A stretch of 64,000 nucleotides of DNA from contig OZ024745.1 of NCBI GenBank assembly GCA_964016885.1, forward strand, positions 116,064,001-116,128,000, given 5' to 3'. Below the pieces are notes generated by a model. It did not search any database, was not told the origin of the DNA, and was given only the letters and a program-made list of their open reading frames with translations. Every line of letters starts with the position of its first letter. Positions within the stretch are counted from its first letter, which is position 1. Positions 1-15,315 of the stretch are shown here, piece by piece. Position numbers and translations under genes: made by a program. The DNA is from Eledone cirrhosa. Its lineage: Eukaryota.

Positions 1-260
1 TAAAATATATATTTGAGGAGAATGAGAATCTCTATAAAGACAGGGGTCAACACTGTGTAGTCGAAATTGAAAAAGAAACGATAGAGAAATGTTTAAATTT
101 TTAGATACGAACTTTAAACAAAGCATGAGAGTGAATAATTTAAGGAAAGAGATAGATGAGGAAAGAGAGCAAAAGAGAAACATAGGGAGAGAAAGTATGA
201 AATAAGAAAGAGGCAAAGAATTAGTTCTGGACTGTTAAAATTTACTAGATCAATATGAAG

Positions 261-382
<122 letters not shown>

Positions 383-383
383 T

Positions 384-505
<122 letters not shown>

Positions 506-514
506 TTTATATAT

Positions 515-559
<45 letters not shown>

Positions 560-585
560 TTTATATATATATATATATATATATG

Positions 586-755
586 TTTATCCCGGGTTCA
601 GTCGGTGGGGTAACCACTACAAGTAAGGTACTCAATACATAGCAGAGTATAAATATTTAATATAGAAATGGCTTCTACAGGACTAGAACTGTTTCATTCG
701 GGAGAGATCGTGAGGAAGCTTCTATTCCCGTAGATGCCATTTCTATATTAAATAT
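586..755 (-). mobile_element. Hammerhead-bearing short repeat, family C (PLE pLTR/retrozyme-like), core mutated
   Basis: Minus strand 671-719 reads GCTTC-CTCACGA-tctctcccgaat-GAAA-cag ttctagtc ctg-TA-GAAGC. 720-755 is a short inverted copy. Matches the copies at 6322, 10133, 13470 and 32620. Confidence 0.75.
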
Positions 756-773
756 ATATAAAGGGAGAGTGAG

Positions 774-816
<43 letters not shown>

Positions 817-985
817 GAGAAAGTGAGAGGGTGAAAGAGAGCGAGAGGGAGGAGGGGAGAAAGATGATGAGATAGATGGACTATAGAAATATTGAGTGAT
901 AATTATAATGCTGAAGGGAATTAGGGAGAGAATATTATGGAAGGTGAGAAAGGTTATGTTTAATGACGAAGGACATAGAAACAAT

Positions 986-1179
986 ATAATTGTTTCTATT
1001 TTTTGGCACAAGGCCAGCAATTACCCAGCACATTACTGGTACTTTATTTTATCGACCCCGTAAGGATGAAAGGCAAAGTTAACCGCGGCGCGATTTGAAC
1101 TCAGATCATAAAGGGACATAACTATGCTAGAAAGCATGCATGGCGTCTGACCCTCTACCGATACTGCCAATTCCCCACC
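986..1179 (-). mobile_element. tRNA-derived SINE, OK-like family A (short subfamily)
   Basis: A box TGGCAGTATCGG and B box GAGTTCAAATC on minus. Imperfect TSD AAACAAT at 979-985 and 1180-1186. Confidence 0.9.
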
Positions 1180-1599
1180 AAACAATCTAAGGATTGTTTG
1201 AATAAGGAATGAGAGAAAATGAAAGAATGACAGGTTCAATAGACATTTGGAGAAAGTTAGGGAGAAATGAAATAGTTGGAGAATGAGACAGAATGAGTAG
1301 AAAGGGGATAACATGAAAGTAAGGATAAAAAAAACCTTAAAAAAGGAACCTGTGATAGTTAGCAATAAGATAAAAAAGCAAAGAATGTGAAAATGACTGT
1401 GAAAGTTAAAGAAAAATGGTGACATTGCTCGAAAAGGTGAGTGTCATAAAAAAGATTAACTGAATGAATGCAAAGTAAAAAGAAAATACTTTATGTAAAT
1501 AAATGAAACGAAATATAAAAAACATCTTGGGAGTGAATAACGTAATGAAAAAAAAAATATTTTATATGACTTAGAAGAAAAAGAAAAAGTCTAGAAAGA

Positions 1600-3350
1600 T
1601 ATATGGGAGAGAAAAACATGAGAGAAAAATATATAAAAGAGGGGAAAAAGGATGCGTGTGATACATAAGAGGGAGAGAGAGAGAGGAGAGTGAGGGAGAG
1701 AGAGTGGAGAGAGGGAGATAGAGACGAAGGGAGAGAGGGAGAGAGGGGGAGACATAGAGAGGGAGAGAGAGGGAGGGAGAGAGATAGAGAGAGAGGGAGA
1801 GAGAGAGGAGGAGAGAGATAGAGAGAGAGGGAGATAGAGAAGGAGAGAGAGGGGGAGAGAGAGAAAGAGGGAGAGATAGAAAGGGAGAGAGGGGCGCAAT
1901 GGACGTAAAAAAGAAAAAGTTTTAAAATACAACAAAGAAAAAGACGTAAGATACAAAAGAGAAAGTAAGGCGTACGAGAGAAATAGAAAAATACGTAAAA
2001 GAGAAAACGAAAGAGATAATGGAGAGGAAAAGACATAAGAAATAAAGAAGGGAGCAAAGAAGAGAAAAAAAGACACAAGATTGAAAAAACAAAATAAATC
2101 TAAGACATAACGGGGAAATGGATGAAAGAGAGGAAGAAGAAGGACCAACATCAATAAGAAAAAAATACGTAAGAGGGAAAGTGAAGAATATAAGAGAGGA
2201 AGACAAAATTACGTAAGAATGAGAGAGACAAAAGATGTTAGACAGAGTGTAAAATAGACGTAAGAGAGAAACAGAGAAAAGATGTAACTGAGAATTAGGA
2301 AAAGACGTAATATCAAATATATATACGGCTGTACGTGAAATAGAGAAACTATGTGCGTGAGAAAGAGAGAAAAAAACAAAATTTTATTAGAGAAAATGTT
2401 GTGCGTGAGTAGTTTAGGGAAAGAAAGACAAAAAGTATGAGAAAGAAAGAGAAATAGATGTGTTTAAAGGAGAGAAAATTCGTAATATAGAAGAGATATA
2501 TATTAAGAAAGAGAGAGGAAAATAAAAAGTGAAAAAGAAGATAAAGACGTATGCATGAAAGAAGAGAGAAAGGAGTAAGAAAAAGAAGGGTGAATGCAAG
2601 TATAAGAGAAAGAAGAGTTTATCTTTTAAGAAATTAGATATGAGAAATAAGGAAAAATAGATAGAAAGTGAGATGAGGGAAGTAGCAAGCATACAGTTAG
2701 ATGAAGATGGAGACAGGGGGAAATATGAAATATAGACAAAAATGAAAGAAAAATTAAGGAAGGAATATATAGGTGGTAGGTAAATGAATGAAGGAAACGA
2801 AAATGGGAGAAGGAATGAAAGGTAAATTCTGTGATTGTATCGATGAAAACGAGAAGGGAATATGTGTAGATATATTAATGAAATAAAAGAGAAAGAAATG
2901 TTTAGAAATGTGAAAAAAGATTTAGGAAGAATACTAGAGAGGGGGATGTGAGAGGAAGATAGAGAGAAAAATGAGGTAATAGGAGGGAAAGATATGAGGA
3001 ATAAAGTGTGGAAGAGAGAAGGGAAAATTAGAGAAATATATAAACGTAGTGGGGGTACACATTGTGAGAAGGGTGGTGGATGGCGGCAAATAGAGTGATG
3101 GGAATAATAAGATGATTAGTGAGGAAAGGTGTGGTCGAATAAGGAAAAAGTAGAAAGGCGGGTTTGGTGTTTGAGTGAATAAAAAATGACAGAGAAGCAA
3201 AAAGTTAAGAAAAGGAAACATGAAACACTCAATGAGTAGTTTAAGAAAATGAATAAAATAAATAAGAGAATGCAATAATATGAATAGAAGAGATAAGACA
3301 AATACATCGCATGAAAGAAAAGAAAACGACGTGTTGACTGAATAAGGAAA
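1600..3350. repeat. Purine-rich low-complexity region with (GA)n-like tract and recurrent AAAAGACGTAA-like motif
   Basis: Plus strand is almost all A/G. Variants of (G/T)ACGTAA recur between about 1900 and 2340. Confidence 0.75.
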
Positions 3351-3608
3351 AAAACTAGTTTTTCCATATATTTCTAAATCCCTTGACTGGAAAATTTTCG
3401 ATGAAAACTACTTATTTGTGAGGAACGCCGGCAGTCGATTTTAAGCGACAGCCAGCCTAACTTAAATATATACCTACAATTGCTACATCGGTATCAAATG
3501 TACAAAATGTAAGAAAGCCCGTGACACAATGGTGTGAAACCATTTAGTTAGATGTTTTAATTTTTATTCTACACCACCGCCATAGACCATGAAATAATAG
3601 AAACAAAC

Positions 3609-4008
<400 letters not shown>

Positions 4009-4154
4009 TAAAATTCCGTTATACCTAATACCATTATAACCAAGTTTTCAATAAAACGAAATTTTTTTCAATCTCTTTCGGTTGATCCCGTTTTAAAGAA
4101 TTTTTCGGTACAACAATTTTTTTTATACCCCGTGAATTTCGTTATAACGGAATT

Positions 4155-4207
<53 letters not shown>

Positions 4208-4233
4208 ATAATAATAAATTTGAAGACTAAAAT

Positions 4234-4270
<37 letters not shown>

Positions 4271-5241
4271 TGATTAAAAACGAGAAAGAGATTGCAAGAG
4301 AGGAAGAGAAAATATAAAAGGAAAAGTATCGACAGAGAGAAAGTCATAGAGAATGAAATGTAGAGGGAATGAGAGAATGGAAGAAATAGAATTATATAGC
4401 TATCTTGAGAAACAATTACAGAGATAGAAATAAAACTAAAAACAAAGAAAGAAAATACTTCAATACAAAACAAAAATAGAATAATTTGAATGAACGAAAG
4501 ACAAAAAAAGTTTACCTAGAATAAAGGCTGAAAGAATGACAACTAGCGTGAAAGAAGTAATTAATGATAGATAGCCTAAGGGGACCGGTACAACAGAGTT
4601 AGACAATGAGTAAAAGAGAAAAACGATGAGACACAGAGGGCGAAGGACAGGTAAATTGAAAGAAAAAGTATCTAAACGAAAAGTATGCGGGAATTAGGAT
4701 AAAAGAAAGATATCGGTGTTCAGAGAACTAAAGAGAAATACTTAGATTCAGAATAAAAGGAAACAAATGAAAACATTAAAAATTAAAAGAAAAAAAAAGC
4801 GCGAAATTTTCGAAAGGCCAAATAGGTCTGTAAGAAAGCGACATGAGATAAAAAAGAGTGTCACAACGGAAGAGAAAGGTTGAAGCAAAAGGGGGAAAAT
4901 GAAGAAGAAAAATGCAACGGAAAGCGAGAAAGAGATCTAAACGTGAGAAAGAAAAACAGAAAAAGTGAGGCGTGATAAATAAAAAATGAAAGAAGACAAT
5001 TTTATGAAATGATATTGGTGAAAACATTTAAAGAAGGTTAAAATATAAATCACACGACATGAATTAGAGAAGCGCGCCTGTGTGACACAACATGAAACAA
5101 CATGAACGAATAAAAGAGAGCATATGACAGTATAAAAGATAAATATGTCAGATCAAAACTAAGCTTTCACACACACACACACACAACACACACACACACA
5201 CATATATATGTGTGTGTGTCTGTGTGTATATTTGTACAAAT

Positions 5242-5306
<65 letters not shown>

Positions 5307-5326
5307 GTATATGTATATATATATAC

Positions 5327-5380
<54 letters not shown>

Positions 5381-5445
5381 GTATATGTATATATATACGT
5401 ATATATATATATATACATATATATACATACATACACGTATATATG

Positions 5446-5567
<122 letters not shown>

Positions 5568-5955
5568 GAAAGAGAAAATGGCGTGAAAGAGAGATTGAGA
5601 GAAATTGCCTATTCAATTAAAAAGTGAAAATTCAATGTATTGAAATTATTAATTCAACTGATTTGTAAAACACAATTAAATATATTATTGTCCAACGTAA
5701 TTAATTGAGATCACGTGACGAGTTTCTAAATATACTCAGAATTATTTAGGCTTCTTTTACCATTGAAATATATATTAGATTGGAAAGGTATAATAGAGAA
5801 AACGGCAGATAATTATAGCTGTGATAATAGCAATAAGAGTGATTAGATGCGTTTTCATGTAAGTATGCAGGTAGATAAAGACTGGTAATTTGTGTAGATG
5901 TACTTTATATGTTGATTCCGATATCTCTTCATTGAAATAGAATTATTTAGCTCAA

Positions 5956-6106
<151 letters not shown>

Positions 6107-6245
6107 ATATATATATATTTATTAAAATAACAGATTAATTTTTAAGCAAAGAATCGGTGCTTTCACACTTAACGGGATCTTCTGAAACTGACAAAGTCAT
6201 TTTAGTCTTCAAATTTATTATTATTACTATTATTATTACTATTAT

Positions 6246-6321
<76 letters not shown>

Positions 6322-6323
<2 letters not shown>

Positions 6324-6452
6324 TTCCTGATGTTTTCTCCTGAATGAAACAGTTCTAGTCCTGTAGAAGCCATTTCTATATTAAATATCTATACTCTGCT
6401 ATGTATTGAGTACCTTACTTACTGTGATTAGCACCGATTGAACCCGGCATAG

Positions 6453-6456
<4 letters not shown>
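6322..6456 (+). mobile_element. Hammerhead-bearing repeat, family C (A9 mutated)
   Basis: GCTTC-CTGATGT-tttctcctgaat-GAAA-cag ttctagtc ctg-TA-GAAGC at 6322-6370, followed by the TATTGAGTAC tail. Flanked on both sides by (TA)n. Confidence 0.8.
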
Positions 6457-6518
<62 letters not shown>

Positions 6519-6739
6519 TTTATCATTTATCATTTATTTTGTTTGACCTGTTTAGCTTGATTTGTTTTTTTTTGGCTTAGCTGGTTATTGTCTTCTTGAC
6601 CACTTTATCAGTATGTATGGCGTTTTAACATATTGTTTAGCTCTGGTTTTCTTAACTATTGGAGCGCTTGCCAGCATTTCTACGATTTTGCGTTTCGTTT
6701 CGCTTTCTCTACCGGCCGAAATACGATTCTCGCTGAATT

Positions 6740-6776
<37 letters not shown>

Positions 6777-7066
6777 GGGGGGGGGCGGGGCGAGAGAGAG
6801 AGAGAGAGAGAGAACATAAGCATGAGGGAAGCGGGTAAGCTTAAAACTTCTTGAGCCGCAAACCGATGCCACGGCTATGGATTACATATCAGCTCTTCAC
6901 AGAAAATCAGATTCGTGGTAGAGCTTACAATGTGTGTTGGTTTGGCCAGAATATTTACTCAGTAGAATTAGAGAAATTTTTGACGCTCTGAATACAGAGA
7001 CGATCTAAATAAGATTATACGAACACACACACACACACACACAAATATCTAATATATATATCTAAT

Positions 7067-7135
<69 letters not shown>

Positions 7136-7136
7136 T

Positions 7137-7196
7137 ATAATTGTTTCTACGTTTGGCACAAGGCCAGCAATTATCCAGTGCATTACTGGTACGTTA
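7137..7196 (-). mobile_element. Family A SINE 3' fragment
   Basis: aattgtttctac..ggcacaaggccagcaatt..ttactggtac matches the family tail. Confidence 0.8.
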
Positions 7197-7403
7197 TATA
7201 TATATATATAATATATATATATATCTAATATATATACATATAATATATATATATAATGTATATATATATAATATATATATCTAATATACATATATATTAT
7301 ATATATATATATATATTATATATATATAATATATATATATATATAATATATATATATAATATGTATAATATATATATTATATAATATATATATATAAAAT
7401 ATA

Positions 7404-7457
<54 letters not shown>

Positions 7458-7667
7458 CGTGTGTGTGTGCAAGTGAGTGAGAGAAAGAGAGAGAGTGAGG
7501 TAGAATCTCAACCACGGTGCCAAAGTGGTTTCGGCAAGCCAAAACCGCTTGGGCCCACGGTCAGGATTTTATCTATCTATACCCTTTCTCCATCTCCCTA
7601 TGCATTGAATAGTCCAACCGTTAGAGATCTCATCGCCCTCACCACTGCTGACTCTCTCGCTCCCTTC

Positions 7668-7701
<34 letters not shown>

Positions 7702-7702
<1 letters not shown>

Positions 7703-7898
7703 TAGCAATCGACTTTCGTCAAATCGGACCGGGGAAACAATGTTTCCGTTGGTCCTTCCAGTTGCTAGTACTGGTAGAAGGAGCAAGGTGAAATAAAGTG
7801 TCTTGCTCAAGGACACAACGCATCGCCTGGTCCAGGAATCGAACTCACAACCTCACGATTGCGAAGCCAATTCCCTAACCACTGAGCCACAGGCCTTC
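7702..7898 (-). mobile_element. tRNA(Arg)-like SINE, OR-like family B
   Basis: Minus strand has A box TGGCTCAGTGG, anticodon-like CTTCGCA, B box GAGTTCGATTCC and then GTGTCCTTGAGCAAGACACT. A second copy lies at 40990-41206. Confidence 0.85.
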
Positions 7899-7992
7899 AA
7901 TATATATATATATATATATATTCATGACACACTTAATTATTTATAGATCTATTATAGATCTAAAAACGAGTGAGGCATATTAAGAAATAAAA

Positions 7993-8170
7993 CAATTGTT
8001 TCTACTTTTGGCACGAGGCTAGCAATTACTGGTACTTTATTTTATCGACCCCGTAAGGATGAAAGGCAAAGTTAACCTCGGTGGGATTTGAACTCAGATC
8101 ATAGAGGGAGGTAACTCTATGCTTCAAAGCATGGCGTCCGACCCTCTACCGATACTGCCAATCCACCGCC
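7993..8170 (-). mobile_element. Family A SINE
   Basis: A and B boxes present. 13-bp TSD TTAAGAAATAAAA at 7980-7992 and 8171-8183. Confidence 0.92.
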
Positions 8171-8659
8171 TTAAGAAATAAAATAATAAATTAAAACAAT
8201 AGAATAACAATAAAATAAGCATGTTAAGAAATATAACTAACAAGCGAGTCATGAATTCTGGTCCAGCCTGTATATATGCATGTACGCGCGCGCGCGTCTT
8301 TGTTTGTGTATGTGTGTGTGTTTGAGCGTGTTTCGGTAGGCAGTTTCACATTGTTTCAGTATACCCTGCTGGGTGACCACAGGTAGCGAGGTGTCAACCT
8401 TGAGATGGACGCCGATGAAACCGGCATAATAATCGACCTGAACAGTCTCTGGTCTTGGGATTTACTTTAACTGTTAATTCCTCTATTTTGTTGATAACCC
8501 ACTATTGATTTGTCCACATGACGTCGTCTCACCACTATATCTAGTGAGTCGGCTCTGAACCGGAAAATAGACACGATATAATTGAGCCAGCGTTTGAGCG
8601 GCCTGAATCAAATGATTCATCGTGCCCCAGGGAATTGTGATATCGGTTGATTTCGAAAG

Positions 8660-8725
<66 letters not shown>

Positions 8726-8794
8726 ATATACATATGTATATATATATATATGTATATATACATATGTATATATATATATATATATATATACATA

Positions 8795-8963
8795 TTTCGA
8801 CGGCTAATTCTGGACTAAAGAATTTAGTCCAGAATTAGCCGTCCAAACGGCTTGAGCTCAGCTGTCGGGGTCTTACTGGTTCCTATTACCCACTCTACTA
8901 CCTCAAGTATTGAGTACTTTGGTGCGTTATGGTCCACCTGGTTCCTTACCACATTTCCTTCGT

Positions 8964-8964
<1 letters not shown>
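8795..8964 (+). mobile_element. Family D repeat (3' half-hammerhead plus TATTGAGTAC tail) with inverted 5' end
   Basis: Hairpin 8795-8857, then AAACGGCTTGAGCTCAGCTGTC and a tail shared with the copies at 9591, 17464, 40810 and 44203. Confidence 0.75.
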
Positions 8965-9011
<47 letters not shown>

Positions 9012-9027
9012 TGTGTGTGTGTGTGTA

Positions 9028-9065
<38 letters not shown>

Positions 9066-9549
9066 TGCAGATGCTCCTCAATAGACGAAAAGATCAGACA
9101 ATGATTACGCAATCGATGTAGCCAAACGTTAGTCGACGTTCAAATCTCATGATTCATTTCGTCAGTATCTCGTTATTCGTGACCCTACATGGATCACGTG
9201 AATTTGGTCACATATAATGCTGCCAGTGGGTATCGAGTGAGTGAATCTTCAGCGCGGAATGGATGACTATCTAGATGCTCTTTTTTCAATATCAAAGGCA
9301 CAGTAATGAGCAGAATAAGAAAAGATACATGTAGATTGAAGGTTTAACTGACCGACATTGGATGACGAAATAGTTCGATAGATTTAGCAAGTCATATATA
9401 GTGAAATAAGTTGGCAAAAGTAGTATATATCATGAGTTATATAGATATTGGTATTAACAATGTAGATGGATTAACAGGTAGGTGTATAGGTAGATAGATA
9501 AATAAATAGATAAACAAAGTGAGACATAAAGAGAGACAAAGAGAGAGAT

Positions 9550-9590
<41 letters not shown>

Positions 9591-9593
<3 letters not shown>

Positions 9594-9815
9594 CGAAGGA
9601 AATGTGGTAAGGAACCAGGTGGACCATAACGTACCAAAGTACTCAATACTTAGGGTAGTAGAGTGGGTAATAGGAACGAGTAGGACCCCGACGGCTGAGG
9701 TCAGGCTGTTTCGACGGCTAGTTCTGGACTCTAATGTCCAGAATTAGCCGTCGAAACGGCTTGAGCTCAGCCGTCGGAGTCCTACTTGAGCTCAGCCGTC
9801 GGAGTCCTACTCGTT

Positions 9816-9820
<5 letters not shown>
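9591..9820. mobile_element. Family D fold-back unit with a tandem duplication of about 25 bp
   Basis: Minus copy 9591-9730, plus copy from 9735. CTTGAGCTCAGCCGTCGGAGTCCTA is repeated directly at about 9760-9810. Confidence 0.75.
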
Positions 9821-9893
<73 letters not shown>

Positions 9894-10132
9894 AGATATA
9901 GCGAGAGAGAGACAGAGAGAGAGAGAGGGACAGAGAAAGAGAGAGAGTGTGTGTGAAACACTACAGAGAGCAAGAATGTCCAAGCTCAACGATGGATATA
10001 AAAACACCTGATATAAGGCTTCGCTGATTAATCATTATCTTTACCTGAGAGTGTTTATCTGTATATTTAGAAACATACGCTCTCGTATTTATAAACGCTA
10101 TCACACACACCGACACTAATATATATATATTT

Positions 10133-10326
10133 TTTTTTTTAAATTTCATAGAAGGAGCTTCTACAGGACTAGTACTGTTTCATTCAGATGAAATCTTCAG
10201 GAAGATTTCATCTGAATGAAACAGTACTAGTCCTGTAGAAGCTCCTTCTATAAAATTTAAAAAATTTTACTCTGCCATGTATTGAGTACCTTACTTACTG
10301 TGGTTATCCCCGACTCAACCCGGGAC
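10133..10326. mobile_element. Family C fold-back unit
   Basis: Near-perfect palindrome 10133-10263 centred at about 10199, continuing into the family tail. Confidence 0.85.
10158..10204 (-). ncRNA. Type I hammerhead ribozyme motif (family C, intact core)
   Basis: CTTC-CTGAAGA-tTTCatctGAAt-GAAA-CAG tactagtc CTG-TA-GAAG. GUA triplet, and ACTAGT palindrome in loop III. Confidence 0.75.
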
Positions 10327-10351
10327 CTACGTATATATATATATATATGTG

Positions 10352-10432
<81 letters not shown>

Positions 10433-10848
10433 AGTCGTAAAAAGACGTCCGGTGATACATTTCATATTTATAAAATACATTCACAACCGGAATTAGCATT
10501 GTTTCATAAGTCTCATCACATGATTGCAACTTTCTTCTGTGTCCATATTATATAACATTCACCTGATAATGATGATTAGTTCAGATGTCTAAGCAATAAA
10601 TTATCTGTTTTTCATATATTGAAGTTTAGCTTTCATTTTACCATCATTTCATTACTCTACTTCATGGATACGTGTGTTGCTATTTCAATGAAATATATTT
10701 CTTTATGGGTCGTTTAACACTTCCATCCACTCTGTGAATAATCGTTAATATTTAATCATTAGAGTAGGTGTGTATCAACAAAAAAAACACTCATGCATAG
10801 TACGTACAGCTAACCAACCATACACGACCTTACACATGTAGAGAGAGT

Positions 10849-10900
<52 letters not shown>

Positions 10901-10931
10901 AATAAATGTATATGTATATACATACATATAC

Positions 10932-11029
<98 letters not shown>

Positions 11030-11071
11030 GTGTGTATGTGTATGTATATATATATGCAAGTATATATATAG

Positions 11072-11108
<37 letters not shown>

Positions 11109-11117
11109 TATAAATTT

Positions 11118-11195
<78 letters not shown>

Positions 11196-11199
11196 ACAT

Positions 11200-11288
<89 letters not shown>

Positions 11289-11289
11289 A

Positions 11290-11326
<37 letters not shown>

Positions 11327-13027
11327 AAAAGAGGGAATATAAAATATATTTACTCTCACATATAATTATACTCTGTCAGAATGTAATACCAAGTTTTTGC
11401 TATAAAATTTATTGAAATTATCTTTAAAATGAATCTGAAAAGGTGAAATATATTTGGCATTAATCAAAGTGAAAATAGAAATAATTTTGTTAAAGAAATG
11501 CCTTACCTGAGGTATTGCACTAAAATTGTTGTGAGATATTTGTGAGAATGTTTTTGAATTGTTTGCGGTTATTATTTCTTTCAACTATTACTGGTCTGAA
11601 CGGTGACTAGGATTCTGTGGTTGTAGTTGTTAAGGTGATGATGGCGGTTGTGTGATGTCGTGATCGTAGTCGTGGTGTTGGTCATGTGATAAAACTTGGG
11701 CTTCCAAAAGCTTAAATGATTAAAACAGTAGTAAGAAAGTTGCTTAAGTTTGGTCAGTTCGATGCGTTATGTCTTGGAAGTTGAGCTTTCTACAACTAAG
11801 AGCGCTATCGACACACTTGTCGCTATCTGTTAATTGCTACCGCTACTGTTACTGCTACCGCCACTGCTAGTGTTTTTAACTGTTGCTACTCCTACCATTA
11901 CCATTATACTACACCTGCTACTGCTGCTGGTGCAGCTATAGTTATTGATGCTGCAACCTGTTGACTGTCGCCACCTCCGATCAAAATATTATTTGCTACT
12001 GCAACTGCTACTATTACAAAACAATTGAAGCGAGGCCCTACCAAGGTAGTTTTCAGTGGGAAAAAGTAACTTGACAGTGTGGATTTTGCTTGAAATAAGT
12101 GGGAGGAATAAGCGAAAAATCATTGATGTATTTATGTACTATTCCACTATGTGGAATGATGGATATAACTTTACATATCGTTTAATGAAGCTACTGACGT
12201 GATGATATTAAAAGAAAATGAAACAAAATAAATGCAAGAATAATGATACAGATATAATAATAAAAGTAATGATTTCTAATGCAAGCGCATGACCTAAGTA
12301 ATGAGTTCTAATATAATTGATTTGCACAGTTTTTAATGAATCTAAAATATATCCAAGTCAATTTGCTAACATTTGAACTCAGTAAGTAAAGCTGCATGGC
12401 CTGTTGCGCTACTGATTCTGCATGTAACTCACCCAGATAATGATGATGATTACGGCGAGGAAGAGCAAAAAGATGGTGACGATGGTGATGATGATGCTGT
12501 TTTGTTACTGATGATAAAGCAAATAAATTGTGGGAAAATATTTTTTTTTTAAATGCAGCTATCGCCAGATTCTATTGCCTATCCTATGTTCAAATATTGT
12601 TTTCCTCAATGGGAGGAGATATAATTGTGCGTTACAGAATTGACGTTCCTGTTTTGCCAGTATACGTTATTAATAAGTACATGCGTGTGTTTGGGTGTGT
12701 GTTGCTGCGTGCGTACGTTCACAAATTCATTACAATTGTTATGTAGAATCCCCCACTAAAATTGACAGCCGACGTCACTTCTAGATCCCACCCACTTTGC
12801 TTCGTTGAATTGAAATGTTGGTCATAAGACATTAAACACTATTTCCTACGTCATAGAGAAAGAGGTGCGGAGTGTGTGATGTGTGTGAGGTACTTCTTTT
12901 TCTGTCTTCTTGTACTTTTCTAATTTTTCGACAAAGTATTACAGAATAGCTCTTCATATACGATTACAAATATATATATATATATATATACTATATATAT
13001 ATATGTATATATATATGTATATATATA

Positions 13028-13160
<133 letters not shown>

Positions 13161-13171
13161 TATATATATAC

Positions 13172-13209
<38 letters not shown>

Positions 13210-13225
13210 ATAGATATATATATAC

Positions 13226-13349
<124 letters not shown>

Positions 13350-13469
13350 GTATATCTATATCTATATGTATATATATATGTATATATATATGTATATATA
13401 TATGTATATATATATATATATGTATATATATATGTATATATATATGTATATATATATATATGTATATAC

Positions 13470-13660
13470 GTTATTCCGGGTTGAATCGGAGGTAACCACA
13501 GTAAGTAAGGTACTCAATACATAGCAGAGTATAACAGTTTTAATATAGATGAGATTCTACAGGACTAGAACTGTTTCATTCATTAGAAATCATCAGGATT
13601 CCTGATGATTTCTAATGAATGAAACAGTTCTAGTCCTGTAGAATCTCATCTATATTAAAA
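13470..13660. mobile_element. Family C fold-back unit with back-to-back hammerhead cores
   Basis: Palindrome centred on CATCAGGATTCCTGATG (13591-13607), embedded in (TA)n. Confidence 0.85.
13597..13645 (+). ncRNA. Type I hammerhead ribozyme motif (family C, intact core)
   Basis: GATTC-CTGATGA-tTTCtaatGAAt-GAAA-CAG ttctagtc CTG-TA-GAATC. Confidence 0.8.
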
Positions 13661-13687
13661 CTATATATGTATATATATATGTATATA

Positions 13688-13719
<32 letters not shown>

Positions 13720-13729
13720 ACTGTATGTA

Positions 13730-13782
<53 letters not shown>

Positions 13783-13990
13783 ATATGTATATATGTATAT
13801 ATGTAAATATATATATATATATATATATACAGTACATATATATATATATATATGTGTGTGTATATATATATGTAGATATATATATATATATTATATATAC
13901 ATACATATTAATATGGTTCATTGATTACTCAATGAATATAGTTTTACAATAGATTAAAAGCACTCTACAATGAAGTTTTCTGGAGTTATT

Positions 13991-14365
13991 AATATTATTC
14001 AAAATATTAATAAATGAAGATGTTCACATAATCAAAATATATGTTTTATTATATATATTTCGGAGGTACTGTGCTGTTTTTTCAGTACGTCCTCATCAGA
14101 TAAAATAATGAATTGATGTATGACATACCTCACCTGTCTTGATGGTTCAATTCCAGTATTGGCAGTGCTGTATTCAGTACTGTAATCCAGCACTGCCAAT
14201 ACTGGAATTGAACCATCAAGACAGTTGAGGTATATCATACATCAATTCATATATTTTATCTGATGAGGACGTACTGAAAAAACAGCACAGTACCTCTGAA
14301 TTATATGAAATAAAACATATTTTGATTATGGGGACGTCTTCATTTATTAATATTTTGAATAATAT
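13991..14365. repeat. Long inverted repeat (arms about 180 bp) carrying family F hammerheads
   Basis: 13991-14170 is the reverse complement of about 14188-14365, with scattered mismatches. Confidence 0.9.
14044..14105 (-). ncRNA. Minimal type I hammerhead motif (family F)
   Basis: TTTTAT-CTGATGA-GGacGTACTG aaaaaacagca CAGTACctCC-GAAA-T atat A-TA-ATAAAA. 2-bp stem III with a palindromic ATAT loop. Confidence 0.7.
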
Positions 14366-14432
14366 TTATATATGCTTCTATATGTAGAGATATTCTGTAA
14401 TACTTTGTCGAAAAATTATAAAAGTACAAGAA

Positions 14433-14548
<116 letters not shown>

Positions 14549-14627
14549 TGTATATATATATATATATATGTGTGTATGTGTGTGTGTGTGTGTGTGTGTG
14601 TTTGTGTATATATATATATATATATAT

Positions 14628-14767
<140 letters not shown>

Positions 14768-15120
14768 TTTTATATATATATATATATTTCGTTCATCTCA
14801 CAGCTTCAGTTATTTATGTTTCAAAGTATTTAAATTAATGAAATTATTTCCTCGATTCGCTGATTGTATTAATTATTTTCTTTTATAGTTTATATTAATA
14901 TTGTTACTATTATTTTGCATTATCAGGATGGTAGTACATTAAGGATTATGTTGTAAAGGTCTTTCCATATACTCATCTTCACTAGCTGTCGTGATAAACC
15001 TCGAAGCACGGTAACGAAAATAGCTCTTGGCGAAAGTTGAAACTAAAATACACACAGATGAAATGATAATTCTCAATGCTATAAGTTATTTAACCATACT
15101 TTAATTCATTTGAGTTCATA

Positions 15121-15315
15121 TAGGAGGAGGAGATGAAATGTTCCTGGCCTTGGGCAAAAGAAAATACAGGAGGATCAGTTAATTATGAATTTATTCAATT
15201 TATTACCCTCTCAGTTTTACACTTATTGCAGCGGTTCTTACTTCCCTGTAAATATAACAACTCTAACCTTTGGGGATACCCTCACAGCTAGGAACTTCTC
15301 AGCACCCCCCTCGAA
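15121..15315. mobile_element. Tc1/mariner-type MITE
   Basis: Degenerate terminal inverted repeats taggaggaggagatgaaatgttcctggc and gctaggaacttctcagcacccccctcgaa. No ORF. Confidence 0.6.

Noticed and set aside
7820-7898. tRNA-like heads of SINEs as real tRNA genes
   Set aside because: No proper acceptor stem, and each is fused to a repeated SINE body.
8795-9820. Palindromic family D repeats as a CRISPR array
   Set aside because: Eukaryotic context, dispersed and inverted copies, no regular spacers and no cas genes.
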